This document shows positions 10,079 to 18,330 of a stretch of DNA of 64,000 nucleotides, one piece after another. Numbering within the stretch: the first letter of the stretch is position 1; every line of letters begins with the position of its first letter. Origin of the DNA: a bacterium (GTDB lineage: Bacteria; Patescibacteriota; Saccharimonadia; CAILAD01; JADZBC01). The translations under genes were made by a program, and so were the position numbers. The DNA lies in NCBI GenBank assembly GCA_020852295.1, contig JADZBC010000009.1, positions 104,628 through 168,627 on the forward strand, read 5' to 3'. The notes beneath the pieces are model-generated. The model was given only the letters and a program-made list of their open reading frames with translations, had not been told where the DNA came from and searched no databases.

Positions 10079-10306
10079 ATGAACCCAACTGATCCAGCAA
10101 CTCCAGCAGTAGATCCTGCTGCAACACCAGCACCAGCTGCTGACCCAGCAATGGCACCAATGCCTGCCGACCCAGCTCCAGCTGCTCCGGCAGAAGAGCC
10201 AGTAAACCCAGCAGGCGACATGCCAACCGCTCCAGCCGGTGATGCACCAGCTCCAGATGCCGCTGCACCTGCTAGCGATACTCCGCCAGCTGCCCCAGGA
10301 ATGTAG
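10079..10306 (+). CDS. Pro/Ala-rich acidic low-complexity protein (75 aa)
   Basis: Strong SD aaggagga. Native A/T-ending codon use. Followed by a terminator. Confidence 0.45.
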   Translation: MNPTDPATPAVDPAATPAPAADPAMAPMPADPAPAAPAEEPVNPAGDMPTAPAGDAPAPDAAAPASDTPPAAPGM

Positions 10307-10321
10307 CTAAAGGCCATTCTC

Positions 10322-10353
10322 AAAAAGCCCCCGTACGTTTTGCGGGGCTTTTT
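10322..10353 (+). terminator. rho-independent terminator (aaaaaGCCCC..GGGGCttttt)
   Basis: GC stem flanked by an A-run and a T-run. Could act in both directions. Confidence 0.65.
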
Positions 10354-10396
10354 GATTTGGCAGAAAACAGGTTTGACAGTAAAATAGTGAGACGTA

Positions 10397-10480
10397 GGGG
10401 CTCGTAGCTCAGTGGTTGTTGCATCGTCAGGCGTGCTTCAGATGATACTGATCTAACCACGACTATTGAGCTACGATCCC
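10397..10480 (+). other. tRNA-like 5' fragment / degenerate tRNA remnant (acceptor + D-arm-like start, then non-tRNA sequence closed by a 13-bp stem)
   Basis: Starts gggctcgtagctcagtggtt like a tRNA but lacks anticodon and T arms. Ends gagctacgatccc, complementary to its 5' end. Confidence 0.4.
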
Positions 10481-10502
10481 TCATTGTGATCGTAAATATT
10501 GG

Positions 10503-10578
10503 GGGCCTGTAGCTCAGTGGTTAGAGCAGGCGGCTCATAACCGCTTGGTCGTTGGTTCGATCCCAACCAGGCCCACCA
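10503..10578 (+). tRNA. tRNA with CAT anticodon, most similar to tRNA-Ile2 (lysidine, k2CAU)
   Basis: 76-nt cloverleaf with anticodon loop cuCAUaa. Acceptor C4-G69/C5-G68. Anticodon arm is near-identical to E. coli ileX. Confidence 0.75.
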
Positions 10579-10690
10579 AAGATAATATTTAAAAAAGGCT
10601 CACAGTAAGCCTTTTTTGTTTGCGACGGGCTAGAAGAGCCTTGAATCTCATCTAGCTGTCGTTGCTTGAAAGTCGGAGTATAATAAAAGC

Positions 10691-10957
10691 ATGACAAAGC
10701 ACACTGAAGAATTTCGAGTGAATGGCGAAGACCTACTCAAAAAGGTGAAGAGTTTGCTCAATGAGGGCAATATTCGCCGGATATCCATCTTGAGTAAGGA
10801 TGGTAAGCAAATTGTTGAATTGCCGCTCACGGTTGGGGTGGTTGGCGCAGTACTGGCGCCACCACTGGCCGCCGTGGGGGCTATTGCCGCACTCGTTACC
10901 GAGTGTACGATAGTTGTAGAAAGGGAGGAGAAACATGAAGGAAAGGCTAAAAAATAG
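10691..10957 (+). CDS. DUF4342-like protein
   Basis: EFRVNGEDLLKKVKSLLNEGNIRRISI...LPLTVGVVGAVLAPPLAAVGAIAALVTECTIVVER matches the DUF4342 pattern. Confidence 0.5.
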   Translation: MTKHTEEFRVNGEDLLKKVKSLLNEGNIRRISILSKDGKQIVELPLTVGVVGAVLAPPLAAVGAIAALVTECTIVVEREEKHEGKAKK

Positions 10958-11129
10958 CAGTATGAATCGTGGCGGTGGCGATGCAGTGTATGGACTGGGG
11001 TTCATCGGGGCGCTCATCTACTACTTCCAGAATGCCACTAACTTTTGGATGGTATTAGTCGGAATCTTCAAGGCATTTTTCTGGCCAGCATTTTTGGTGC
11101 ACGCCTTGCTCGGTTTTTTGAAGATGTAG
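10935..11129 (+). CDS. small membrane protein (64 aa)
   Basis: Two TM segments. Overlaps the previous gene by 23 nt. Start uncertain. Confidence 0.35.
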   Translation: MKERLKNSSMNRGGGDAVYGLGFIGALIYYFQNATNFWMVLVGIFKAFFWPAFLVHALLGFLKM

Positions 11130-11182
11130 AGCAACCTTTGGTTGGCTTGCTATAATGACCTCACAGTAACGCGAGGGCATAC

Positions 11183-12049
11183 ATGAAAGTACGAAAAGCA
11201 ATTATCCCGGCAGCCGGTCTTGGTACCCGCTTCCTCCCGATGACTAAGGCGATGCCAAAAGAGATGTTGCCGATCATCGATAAGCCAGTTATTCAGTATG
11301 TCGTAGAGGAGGCGGTCGCGGCCGGCATCACCGACATTATTATTGTTACTGGGCAGCACAAGCGACCGGTCGAGGATCACTTCGACCACCAGTATGAGCT
11401 TGAGGCAAGCTTACGCGAAAAAGGTAAAGATGAGGTGGCTGACGAGCTAGCCCGCATCGCCGATATGGCCAATTTTATTTATGTTCGTCAAAAGGGCCAT
11501 TATGGTAACGGTACGCCGATCCTCAATGCGGCCCATCTAATTGGCGATGAGCCATTTCTCGTACTTTGGGCCGATGACTTTGTGCGTTCTACCGTGCCGC
11601 GCGCCAAGCAGCTGGTTGATGCCTATGAGCAGCTTCAGGCGCCCGTTATCTCACTCATCCCGATCAAGCCGTCTGATGCGAGCAAGTACGGCGTGCCAGC
11701 GATTCGCAGCAAGCGCGAGGCTGACCTTTTTGAGATCGAAAAACTCGTCGAGAAGCCAGGCGTTGATGAAGCGCCAAGTAAGTTTGGGTCGGTTGGTGGC
11801 TACATCCTCACGCCCGACATAATTCCACTACTAGAGGCACAGCATCCCGACAAGACCGGTGAAGTCTATCTGAGTACCGCGATTGACCAATTGGCCGCTA
11901 AGCGTCCGGTTTTTGGAAAGGTTATCGAAGGCACTTGGCATGATACTGGCAGTAAGACGACTTACCTGCAGGCCATTGTTGACGTTGCGCTCGAAGACAA
12001 GAAGATTGGGCCAGCCTTTCGCAAATATCTCGAAAATAAACTTAAATAA
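11183..12049 (+). CDS. galU: UTP--glucose-1-phosphate uridylyltransferase
   Basis: KAIIPAAGLGTRFLPMTKAMPKEMLPIIDKPVIQYVVEEA is the GalU signature. Confidence 0.85.
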   Translation: MKVRKAIIPAAGLGTRFLPMTKAMPKEMLPIIDKPVIQYVVEEAVAAGITDIIIVTGQHKRPVEDHFDHQYELEASLREKGKDEVADELARIADMANFIYVRQKGHYGNGTPILNAAHLIGDEPFLVLWADDFVRSTVPRAKQLVDAYEQLQAPVISLIPIKPSDASKYGVPAIRSKREADLFEIEKLVEKPGVDEAPSKFGSVGGYILTPDIIPLLEAQHPDKTGEVYLSTAIDQLAAKRPVFGKVIEGTWHDTGSKTTYLQAIVDVALEDKKIGPAFRKYLENKLK

Positions 12050-12150
12050 TTAGCACAAAGGGAAGCGGCTCGGTTGAGCCCCGCGAGTACGTCGTTGTAC
12101 CGCAGGACTCTTCCGAGCCGCGTGTGCCCATTCGGGCGGTTCCCCAGAGA

Positions 12151-13188
12151 TCAGGCCTCGTCGGCCTGTTGCCGGCGCGGCTTGCGCGCCAGCAGGATGG
12201 ACGATCCCGCCGCAAAGAGCAGCAGGCCGCCCGCCACCAGCCACGGCGTGTAGCTGTTGGGGCCGGTGCAGGCGAGCCCACGGGGTGGGCAGTCGCTGCT
12301 CGGCCTGTTGCCGGCTGAGCTGGGGGTGGTCGTGGTCACCGCCGGGGCGGTGGTCGACGTCGTGCTCGTGCTGGTCGTCGTGGTGACGATGTCGCTCGTG
12401 CACTTGCCGTCCAGTCCTGGCGTGATCGCCCCCGAAAGGGTGATCGTGCGTCCGTCCTCGGCTTGCGCCACCAGCTGGTAGCTCGTCACCGTGGTGGCGC
12501 CGGGCAGCTGGTAGTTGTGGGCTTCAGCCGTACCCTCGCGGAGGGAGAGTCCGGCAAGGCCGGGAAAGGTCGGTGAACTCGTCACCGTCCAGTTCACGTC
12601 GCCGTTGTTGGACGCCTCCACCCGGAGGGAGTACACACCGACCGTCTCGCACTTGGCGTAGGCCTGGGTCGAACCCAGCAGCTCCGTCGGTGGCTTGACG
12701 GTCGTGGTGGTCGTCTTCATGGTGGTGGTCGTGACCGGTGGCTTGCAGCCGGTGGCCTCGTAGACGGCTTCGCGGCTGTCGCCGCCATCGCCGTCCGTCC
12801 ACTCCATGTCGAAGAAGATCAACCCTTGGCCGACTGAAGTCTTGGCGAGCTTGAGGCTCGCGGACGCGGTCTGGCCGGGCTTGACCTCGCCGAGGTTCGC
12901 GTACACCGAGGTGTCGCGATCAACGGCCGAGACGTACATCGACCGATGGTCGTTGTTGGTGAAGGAGACCTTCACCACGACCGACTGACTGCCCTCGGGG
13001 CAGCTGGCCGACGCGCTGGTTTCCACCGTCCACGCGCCAGCCACTTGGGCCGTCGCGATGGTGAACAGGCAGCCGATGAGGGCCGCCACGAGAATACGCA
13101 ATTGGCGCATTTGAAAACTCAACTTTCTCTGGGGATGTGGGGAACACCGTGGTGCGGCCAGCCGAAGCGGCGCAAACACGGAAGGCAT
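12151..13188 (-). CDS. secreted, Thr-rich cell-wall-anchored surface protein with LAxTG-type sorting signal (high-GC, foreign)
   Basis: Signal peptide. Thr-rich linkers. C-terminal LACTG + hydrophobic stretch + RKPRRQQ tail. Local GC about 68% by eye, against about 50% background. Confidence 0.7.
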   Translation of the reverse strand: MPSVFAPLRLAAPRCSPHPQRKLSFQMRQLRILVAALIGCLFTIATAQVAGAWTVETSASASCPEGSQSVVVKVSFTNNDHRSMYVSAVDRDTSVYANLGEVKPGQTASASLKLAKTSVGQGLIFFDMEWTDGDGGDSREAVYEATGCKPPVTTTTMKTTTTTVKPPTELLGSTQAYAKCETVGVYSLRVEASNNGDVNWTVTSSPTFPGLAGLSLREGTAEAHNYQLPGATTVTSYQLVAQAEDGRTITLSGAITPGLDGKCTSDIVTTTTSTSTTSTTAPAVTTTTPSSAGNRPSSDCPPRGLACTGPNSYTPWLVAGGLLLFAAGSSILLARKPRRQQADEA

Positions 13189-13302
13189 AAGATACCATAA
13201 AATACAAAAAAAGTCAATATATTTCGCATCTAATGCTTAAGCTTGATCTGGAGGGGGAATTATTGTACTATAGCAATCCCGTTCCCAACCTGTGAGGTTA
13301 TC

Positions 13303-13848
13303 ATGAAGCTTTACCAGCAATGGTGCCGATTGCGCACCCGCCTGAAGCTGGGTCGCCGCCATGGCTTCCCGCCCGGACTCCAGAATGTGTCCACATCTCA
13401 GCCCGGCGAGTCGTTTCGCGCCCGCCCCAACTTCTACTGGTATCGAGCGATCGGATGGCCGAGCTACATGCCGGTCTATCCTCAGCCAGCGCTCGTTCGT
13501 GGTACCGCCATCACCGAAGGGTGGCCGTGCGAGTTTCGCAGCACGCGCTGGCGCGCCCGTTGGGCCGGCCCGTACTGTGTTGACTGCGACGACCCAGCAG
13601 GTGATTGGGTGCTCGTAGTCGGCCAGGTGCATGGTGAGTTGGTGCGCAACGAGCACAAGCTGGCGGATGGCACACATGAGTCGTCCGACATCTGGAACCG
13701 CATCAAGGCTCCAATCGAGAAGCTTCGGCCCGGTATTGATCCGGCCACGCTCAGGATCGATGCGACGGGCATGTTCGTCTACGGCTACGTGCCGGACCTC
13801 TGGTTCGGCAACACCGGCTGGCACGACATCCCAGACGAGGAAGGGTGA
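13303..13848 (+). CDS. hypothetical Trp/Arg-rich protein on the high-GC island
   Basis: Very high third-position GC in this frame, about 80% counted by hand. ATG at 13303 chosen over the upstream in-frame start; start uncertain. Confidence 0.45.
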   Translation: MKLYQQWCRLRTRLKLGRRHGFPPGLQNVSTSQPGESFRARPNFYWYRAIGWPSYMPVYPQPALVRGTAITEGWPCEFRSTRWRARWAGPYCVDCDDPAGDWVLVVGQVHGELVRNEHKLADGTHESSDIWNRIKAPIEKLRPGIDPATLRIDATGMFVYGYVPDLWFGNTGWHDIPDEEG

Positions 13849-13852
13849 ATCG

Positions 13853-13886
13853 CCCCGACAGGCTCCGCTTGTCGGGGTTTGTCGTT
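13853..13886 (+). terminator. hairpin ccccgac...gtcgggg + T-rich tail
   Basis: 7-bp GC stem immediately after the TGA of the island gene. Confidence 0.5.
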
Positions 13887-13932
13887 ATTGATGATTGCAC
13901 AATTTTCTCGGTAGTCGTAGGATAGATATGGT

Positions 13933-14697
13933 ATGGCAAAGAACGAAGCACTCATCAAGGTAAAGGACATCAAGAAATACTACGGCGATTTTGCCGCGGT
14001 TAAAGGTGTTAGCTTTGAAGTAAAGCCGGGTGAAGTTTTTGGCATTCTGGGGCCAAATGGTGCCGGTAAAACCACGACGCTCGAGATGATCGAGGGCTTA
14101 AAATCGATTGATGACGGTAAAGCCACGATCAACGGTCTTGATGTCGTCCGCGACCCCTATGGCGTCAAAGAAATTATTGGCGTACAGCTCCAGGCATCGG
14201 CTTTTTTCGATCATCTTTCACTAGTAGAGATACTGCATTTATTTTCAAACCTGTACGCCCAAAACAAAGATCCGCAAGAGCTTCTACGCGAAGTCGACCT
14301 GACCGAGAAGGCCAAGGCCTACGTCAAGAGCCTGTCGGGCGGGCAAAAGCAACGCTTTAGTATCGCTGCCGCGCTGGTCAATGACCCCGTTGCCTTGTTT
14401 CTTGATGAGCCAACAACTGGACTCGATCCGCAGGCGCGGCGCAACTTGTGGGATCTAGTTCAGGACATTCAGAAGTCCGGCAAGACGATCGTCATCACCA
14501 CGCACTATATGGAAGAAGCAGAAGTGCTCTGTGATCGGGTGGCAATTATGGATCACGGCGAGATTATTGCTCTGGATACCCCAAGTAAGCTCATTGATAA
14601 CTTGCTCAAAAAAGGCTTTAAGCCGAAGACGGAAGTAAAAAAGGCGACTCTTGAGGATGTATTTATTGATTTAACTGGGCATGAGTTGAGGGACTAA
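13933..14697 (+). CDS. ABC transporter ATP-binding protein
   Basis: Walker A GPNGAGKTT. LSGGQKQR signature. Walker B LFLDEPTTGLD. Confidence 0.85.
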   Translation: MAKNEALIKVKDIKKYYGDFAAVKGVSFEVKPGEVFGILGPNGAGKTTTLEMIEGLKSIDDGKATINGLDVVRDPYGVKEIIGVQLQASAFFDHLSLVEILHLFSNLYAQNKDPQELLREVDLTEKAKAYVKSLSGGQKQRFSIAAALVNDPVALFLDEPTTGLDPQARRNLWDLVQDIQKSGKTIVITTHYMEEAEVLCDRVAIMDHGEIIALDTPSKLIDNLLKKGFKPKTEVKKATLEDVFIDLTGHELRD

Positions 14698-14699
14698 TT

Positions 14700-15827
14700 A
14701 TGGCGAAACGAAAAATTACAGAATCTACTCGCTGGCTAACTGCTTTTCGATCACTGACGGTTGCAAGCACCAAGATGTATATGCGCAACTATACTGCACT
14801 CTTCTTTACGCTGTTTTTCCCGATCTTGCTCATCATTGTTTTTGGTTACCTGTTCAAGAACAATAGTTTCTCTACCAAGATTGCCCTGACCAACTACAGT
14901 CAAAATCTGCTTGCAAAGCAGACGGTCGAAACGCTCAAGAAGGTTGAGGCCTTCAAGATTACTGAGATGAGTGAGTCGGAGGCCCGTGATCAGCTCGGCA
15001 AGGGCAAGATCGATTCACAGATTGTGATCCCTGAGGAGTTTGGCGCCTTTGATCCTGCTACCCAACAGCTCAAGCCCGCCAAGCTCAAGAGTTACTACAA
15101 CGAAGCGCGTCCGCAGCAGGGTACGACAAATAACCTGATCATTGGTCAGATTTTGGCTGGCATCAACAGTGGCATCACGAAGTCGCCAGTGCTTGTGTCG
15201 GTCGATTCGCAGGGCGTAAAAACCAATAACCTCGGCTCGATCGACTTCTTCCTGCCAGGCGTGATCGCACTCTCGATCATGCAGCTGGGTATTTTCTCGG
15301 TCGCCTTTGGCTTTATTCAGTATAAGAGCACAGGGGCGCTTCGACGCCTGCAGGCTACTCCGGTACATCCGTTTGCCTTCGTCCTGGGGCAGGGTGTTGC
15401 TCGTTTGGTGGTTGCTTTCGTGCAAATTGGCTTGCTGCTCGGACTCGGTATGTTGATATTTGGCGCCAAGCTGGTTGGTCCGATTTGGGACTTTATGCTG
15501 GTTGCTACGATTGGTGCGATCGTCTTTCTCGGTTTTGGTTTTGCGATTGCTGGTTGGGCCAAGGACGAGAATCAGGCGGCACCTGTTGCACAGTTGATTC
15601 AGTTACCGATGCTGTTTTTGTCAGGGGTATTCTTTACCCGCGAGGGCTTGCCAAGTTTCCTACAGAAAGTAACTGACTATCTGCCGCTCACATTCCTGTC
15701 CGACGCGCTGCGAAAGATTGCCAACGAAGGCGCTTCGCTGTGGTCGTTGCGCGGTGATATCCTCGGTCTCATCGTCTGGGGTGTGGTAGTGTACTTTATC
15801 GCTGTCCGCGTCTTCAAGTGGGAGTAG
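14700..15827 (+). CDS. ABC-2 type transporter permease
   Basis: Six TM helices. Immediately follows the ATPase. Confidence 0.8.
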   Translation: MAKRKITESTRWLTAFRSLTVASTKMYMRNYTALFFTLFFPILLIIVFGYLFKNNSFSTKIALTNYSQNLLAKQTVETLKKVEAFKITEMSESEARDQLGKGKIDSQIVIPEEFGAFDPATQQLKPAKLKSYYNEARPQQGTTNNLIIGQILAGINSGITKSPVLVSVDSQGVKTNNLGSIDFFLPGVIALSIMQLGIFSVAFGFIQYKSTGALRRLQATPVHPFAFVLGQGVARLVVAFVQIGLLLGLGMLIFGAKLVGPIWDFMLVATIGAIVFLGFGFAIAGWAKDENQAAPVAQLIQLPMLFLSGVFFTREGLPSFLQKVTDYLPLTFLSDALRKIANEGASLWSLRGDILGLIVWGVVVYFIAVRVFKWE

Positions 15828-15859
15828 TGCAGCTAGCATAAGCGTAGTACAATAGCGTC

Positions 15860-17698
15860 ATGAAAAAAGCACTCGTCGTCCTAACACTCGTCAGTGCTTT
15901 TTTGTTGGCGCCATTTGGCGCGCAAGCTCGCACCATAAAGTCAGATCCTACACGCGAAAGCCTCACTAAGTTCAATAGCCAGATTGTGGTGGGCGACGAT
16001 GGCATGGCTGATGTGGTGGAAGAAATCACTTACGACATGGGCGGTGTTCAGCATCACGGCCTTGAACGAATCATACCGATTGTCCAATACATCAAAGATC
16101 CCTCGACAGGTGTCAAAAAATACCTCAATTATGACTTTAAATTTTTAGAGGCCGCCGAAGATGGTAATGCGAATGCACCGTACACCGTCAGCGGAAAAGA
16201 GAATGGCCAGGTAATAGTTGTGCGAATAGGTGATGCCAATGTGACGAAGACAGGCATTCACACCTACCGACTACGCTATAGCTTTGGACCAATCACACGC
16301 CGCGACAATGTGGCGGACTATATCAGCTACAACATCGTCGGTTTTGATTGGCCAATTCCGGTGCGGGAAGTTACTGCCACGATGACACTCCAGAAGCCGC
16401 CGATTCTCAGCCAGACCTATTGCTACACCGGAACATCTGGATCAAAAGCTTCTGACTGTTCGGTGGATATTCTTGGCAATACTGTCCGCGTAGAGTCTCG
16501 CTCACCACTCGCCATCGGCGAAACTATCAGCATGGAAGTCGACTATCCGGTCGGAACATTTGCTAACGTATTGGGGCTCGCTGAACAACCGAGTGCAAAA
16601 TATGCCGACACCGATACCTCGGGTGGCGATTTAGGCAGTATGAAAACGGTACTTTGGTTTATGCTTATTTTCTTCATTATGCTCGTTATCGGCTTGATTC
16701 GATTCGTTGTGAGTAAGTTTCGGGAGTGGACCTACAAAAGAAAACAGACAGTGATCGCGCACTACGAATCACCCGACAAGCTGAAGCCTGCCGAGATTGG
16801 TTTACTGTCGGATAAAGCCGCCGGCAATAGGGAGCTGACGGCGACATTGGTTGATATCGCAATACGTGGCTATATTCGTATTCGTGAAATCAAGCCTAAG
16901 TCCTTCTGGTCTGGTGCTCAGTATGAATTTGAGATTCTCAAAGACCTGACCGGGCTAGAAAAATATGAGCTCAGCGTTTTGAGTCTTGTTTTCGTCAAAA
17001 CACCACTAGCCAATGGTTCAAAAGCAGTCCTGAAGCGTGAAGCGAACTATGCGCGCGAGGGAATTCTTAAGACCATCAATGAAGAGCTCAAAGACCGACT
17101 TGAGCAAAAAGGATATTTTTTACCACGTAAGTTCTGGAAGAAGCAACAAAAAGCTGCCGGAAAAATACATCCAAGAACTATGACGATCATTACGATAGTA
17201 GGCACCATTGGGCTATTTATTGGACTTATTATTTACCTCAATGGCAATTTTAGAATCGCCGAGATGTTGCTATATTTTGGCATTGCAGCTATGGCGCTGT
17301 TTTTCATGCGTCCAGCGCGCTACACCAAGCTCGGGTATGAACAATGGGCAAAGGTAAAAGGATTTGAACAGTTCATGACGGTCACTGAAAAGGATCGAAT
17401 GAAATTTGAAAATGCGCCTGAAAAAACCCCAGCGTTGTTTAATAAGCTATTGCCATATGCCATTGCCCTTGGTGTGGAGAAAAAGTGGGCCAATCAGTTT
17501 GCCGATATCTCGCTGACCGCAGCGCAGACTGGTTGGTACGTGGGATCGACACCATATCTCAACTCAACAATGCTCGCCAACGATCTCAATAGTAGCTTTG
17601 TGTCATCGATGTCTTCGACGATGGGTACCTCAGGCTCCTCGATGAGCGGTGGCGGTGGCGCCGGTGGTGCTGGCGGTGGTGGTGGCGGCGGCTGGTAG
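15860..17698 (+). CDS. DUF2207-family membrane protein with poly-Gly C-terminus
   Basis: Signal peptide. Extracellular domain. Central TM segments. C-terminal GGGGAGGAGGGGGGGW typical of DUF2207. Confidence 0.65.
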   Translation: MKKALVVLTLVSAFLLAPFGAQARTIKSDPTRESLTKFNSQIVVGDDGMADVVEEITYDMGGVQHHGLERIIPIVQYIKDPSTGVKKYLNYDFKFLEAAEDGNANAPYTVSGKENGQVIVVRIGDANVTKTGIHTYRLRYSFGPITRRDNVADYISYNIVGFDWPIPVREVTATMTLQKPPILSQTYCYTGTSGSKASDCSVDILGNTVRVESRSPLAIGETISMEVDYPVGTFANVLGLAEQPSAKYADTDTSGGDLGSMKTVLWFMLIFFIMLVIGLIRFVVSKFREWTYKRKQTVIAHYESPDKLKPAEIGLLSDKAAGNRELTATLVDIAIRGYIRIREIKPKSFWSGAQYEFEILKDLTGLEKYELSVLSLVFVKTPLANGSKAVLKREANYAREGILKTINEELKDRLEQKGYFLPRKFWKKQQKAAGKIHPRTMTIITIVGTIGLFIGLIIYLNGNFRIAEMLLYFGIAAMALFFMRPARYTKLGYEQWAKVKGFEQFMTVTEKDRMKFENAPEKTPALFNKLLPYAIALGVEKKWANQFADISLTAAQTGWYVGSTPYLNSTMLANDLNSSFVSSMSSTMGTSGSSMSGGGGAGGAGGGGGGGW

Positions 17699-17731
17699 TT
17701 GTCCAGCGCCGGTCAGTGATACAATAGGAAC

Positions 17732-18115
17732 GTGCGCAAAGCGTTTGATTTCACTCGAATAGCTTTTTGGATAGGTCTTCTTTTGGTGATCTATATCTTT
17801 GCTGTGCTCGTACACGAGAGTTCGCAGAACTATCAGTTGCGACAGCAGGCCGACAGTCTCGATGTTGACATCGCAAAGCTACAGAGTGAGATAGAGAATC
17901 TTGGTTATAAGGTAACCTACTACCAGACTGATCTCTATAAAGAAAAACTTGCTCGGGAAAAACTGGGTCTTCAGAAGTCGGGCGAGCAAGTCATCATTAT
18001 TCGCAACAATGATCAGGCGGCACAGCCAAGCACACCAGGTACGAAGGCTGGTGCCGGGAAAGACGGCGCCAAGACCAATCTTCAGCAGTGGATTGATTTC
18101 TTGTTCGGATCTTGA
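17732..18115 (+). CDS. septum formation initiator FtsB/DivIC-like protein
   Basis: N-terminal TM followed by a coiled coil (QLRQQADSLDVDIAKLQSEIENL). GTG start. Confidence 0.55.
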   Translation: MRKAFDFTRIAFWIGLLLVIYIFAVLVHESSQNYQLRQQADSLDVDIAKLQSEIENLGYKVTYYQTDLYKEKLAREKLGLQKSGEQVIIIRNNDQAAQPSTPGTKAGAGKDGAKTNLQQWIDFLFGS

Positions 18116-18158
18116 CCTGAGTACAAAAACAGGTTAGAATAGCAGGTGCATTTGTTAT

Positions 18159-18234
18159 CGCGGGGTAGAGCAATTGGCAGCTCGTCGGGCTCATAACCCG
18201 GAGGTTGCAGGTTCGAGTCCTGCCCCCGCCACCA
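18159..18234 (+). tRNA. initiator tRNA-fMet (CAT)
   Basis: C1-C72 mismatch. Three G-C pairs closing the anticodon stem (tcGGGcuCAUaaCCCgg). Near-identical to E. coli metZ. Confidence 0.9.
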
Positions 18235-18247
18235 AAATAATCCAATA

Positions 18248-18269
18248 ACTCCCATCGGGGAGTTTTTTT
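18248..18269 (+). terminator. rho-independent terminator after tRNA-fMet
   Basis: actccc-atcg-gggagt followed by T7. Confidence 0.75.
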
Positions 18270-18330
18270 GTTGATTTTTATGCTTTAGTCAATCTATACT
18301 GGAGCATAAGTACAATAAAAAGGGACTCCC

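Noticed and set aside
10397-10480. Calling the tRNA-like fragments genuine tRNA genes (e.g. with introns)
   Set aside because: Neither fragment contains an anticodon arm or a T-arm (GTTCRANYC). The insert lengths do not fit group I introns. They are treated as remnants or unknown RNA only.
12050-12403. His/Asp-rich 117-aa ORF on the minus strand at the left edge of the high-GC island
   Set aside because: It overlaps the well-supported LAxTG protein gene in another frame. High-GC DNA produces long spurious ORFs, and its low-complexity composition gives no domain support.
13237-13824. 195-aa minus-strand ORF antisense to the island gene 13303..13848
   Set aside because: Third-position GC is extreme in the plus frame, about 80% by hand count, the pattern expected for a real high-GC gene. 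The minus ORF's third positions fall on plus-frame first positions. I kept the plus-strand gene.
17630-17698. GGT/GGC-rich tract as a possible simple-sequence repeat or contingency locus
   Set aside because: It encodes the poly-Gly C-terminus characteristic of DUF2207 proteins. It is imperfect (mixed ggt/ggc/gcc), so unlikely to be a slippage tract.
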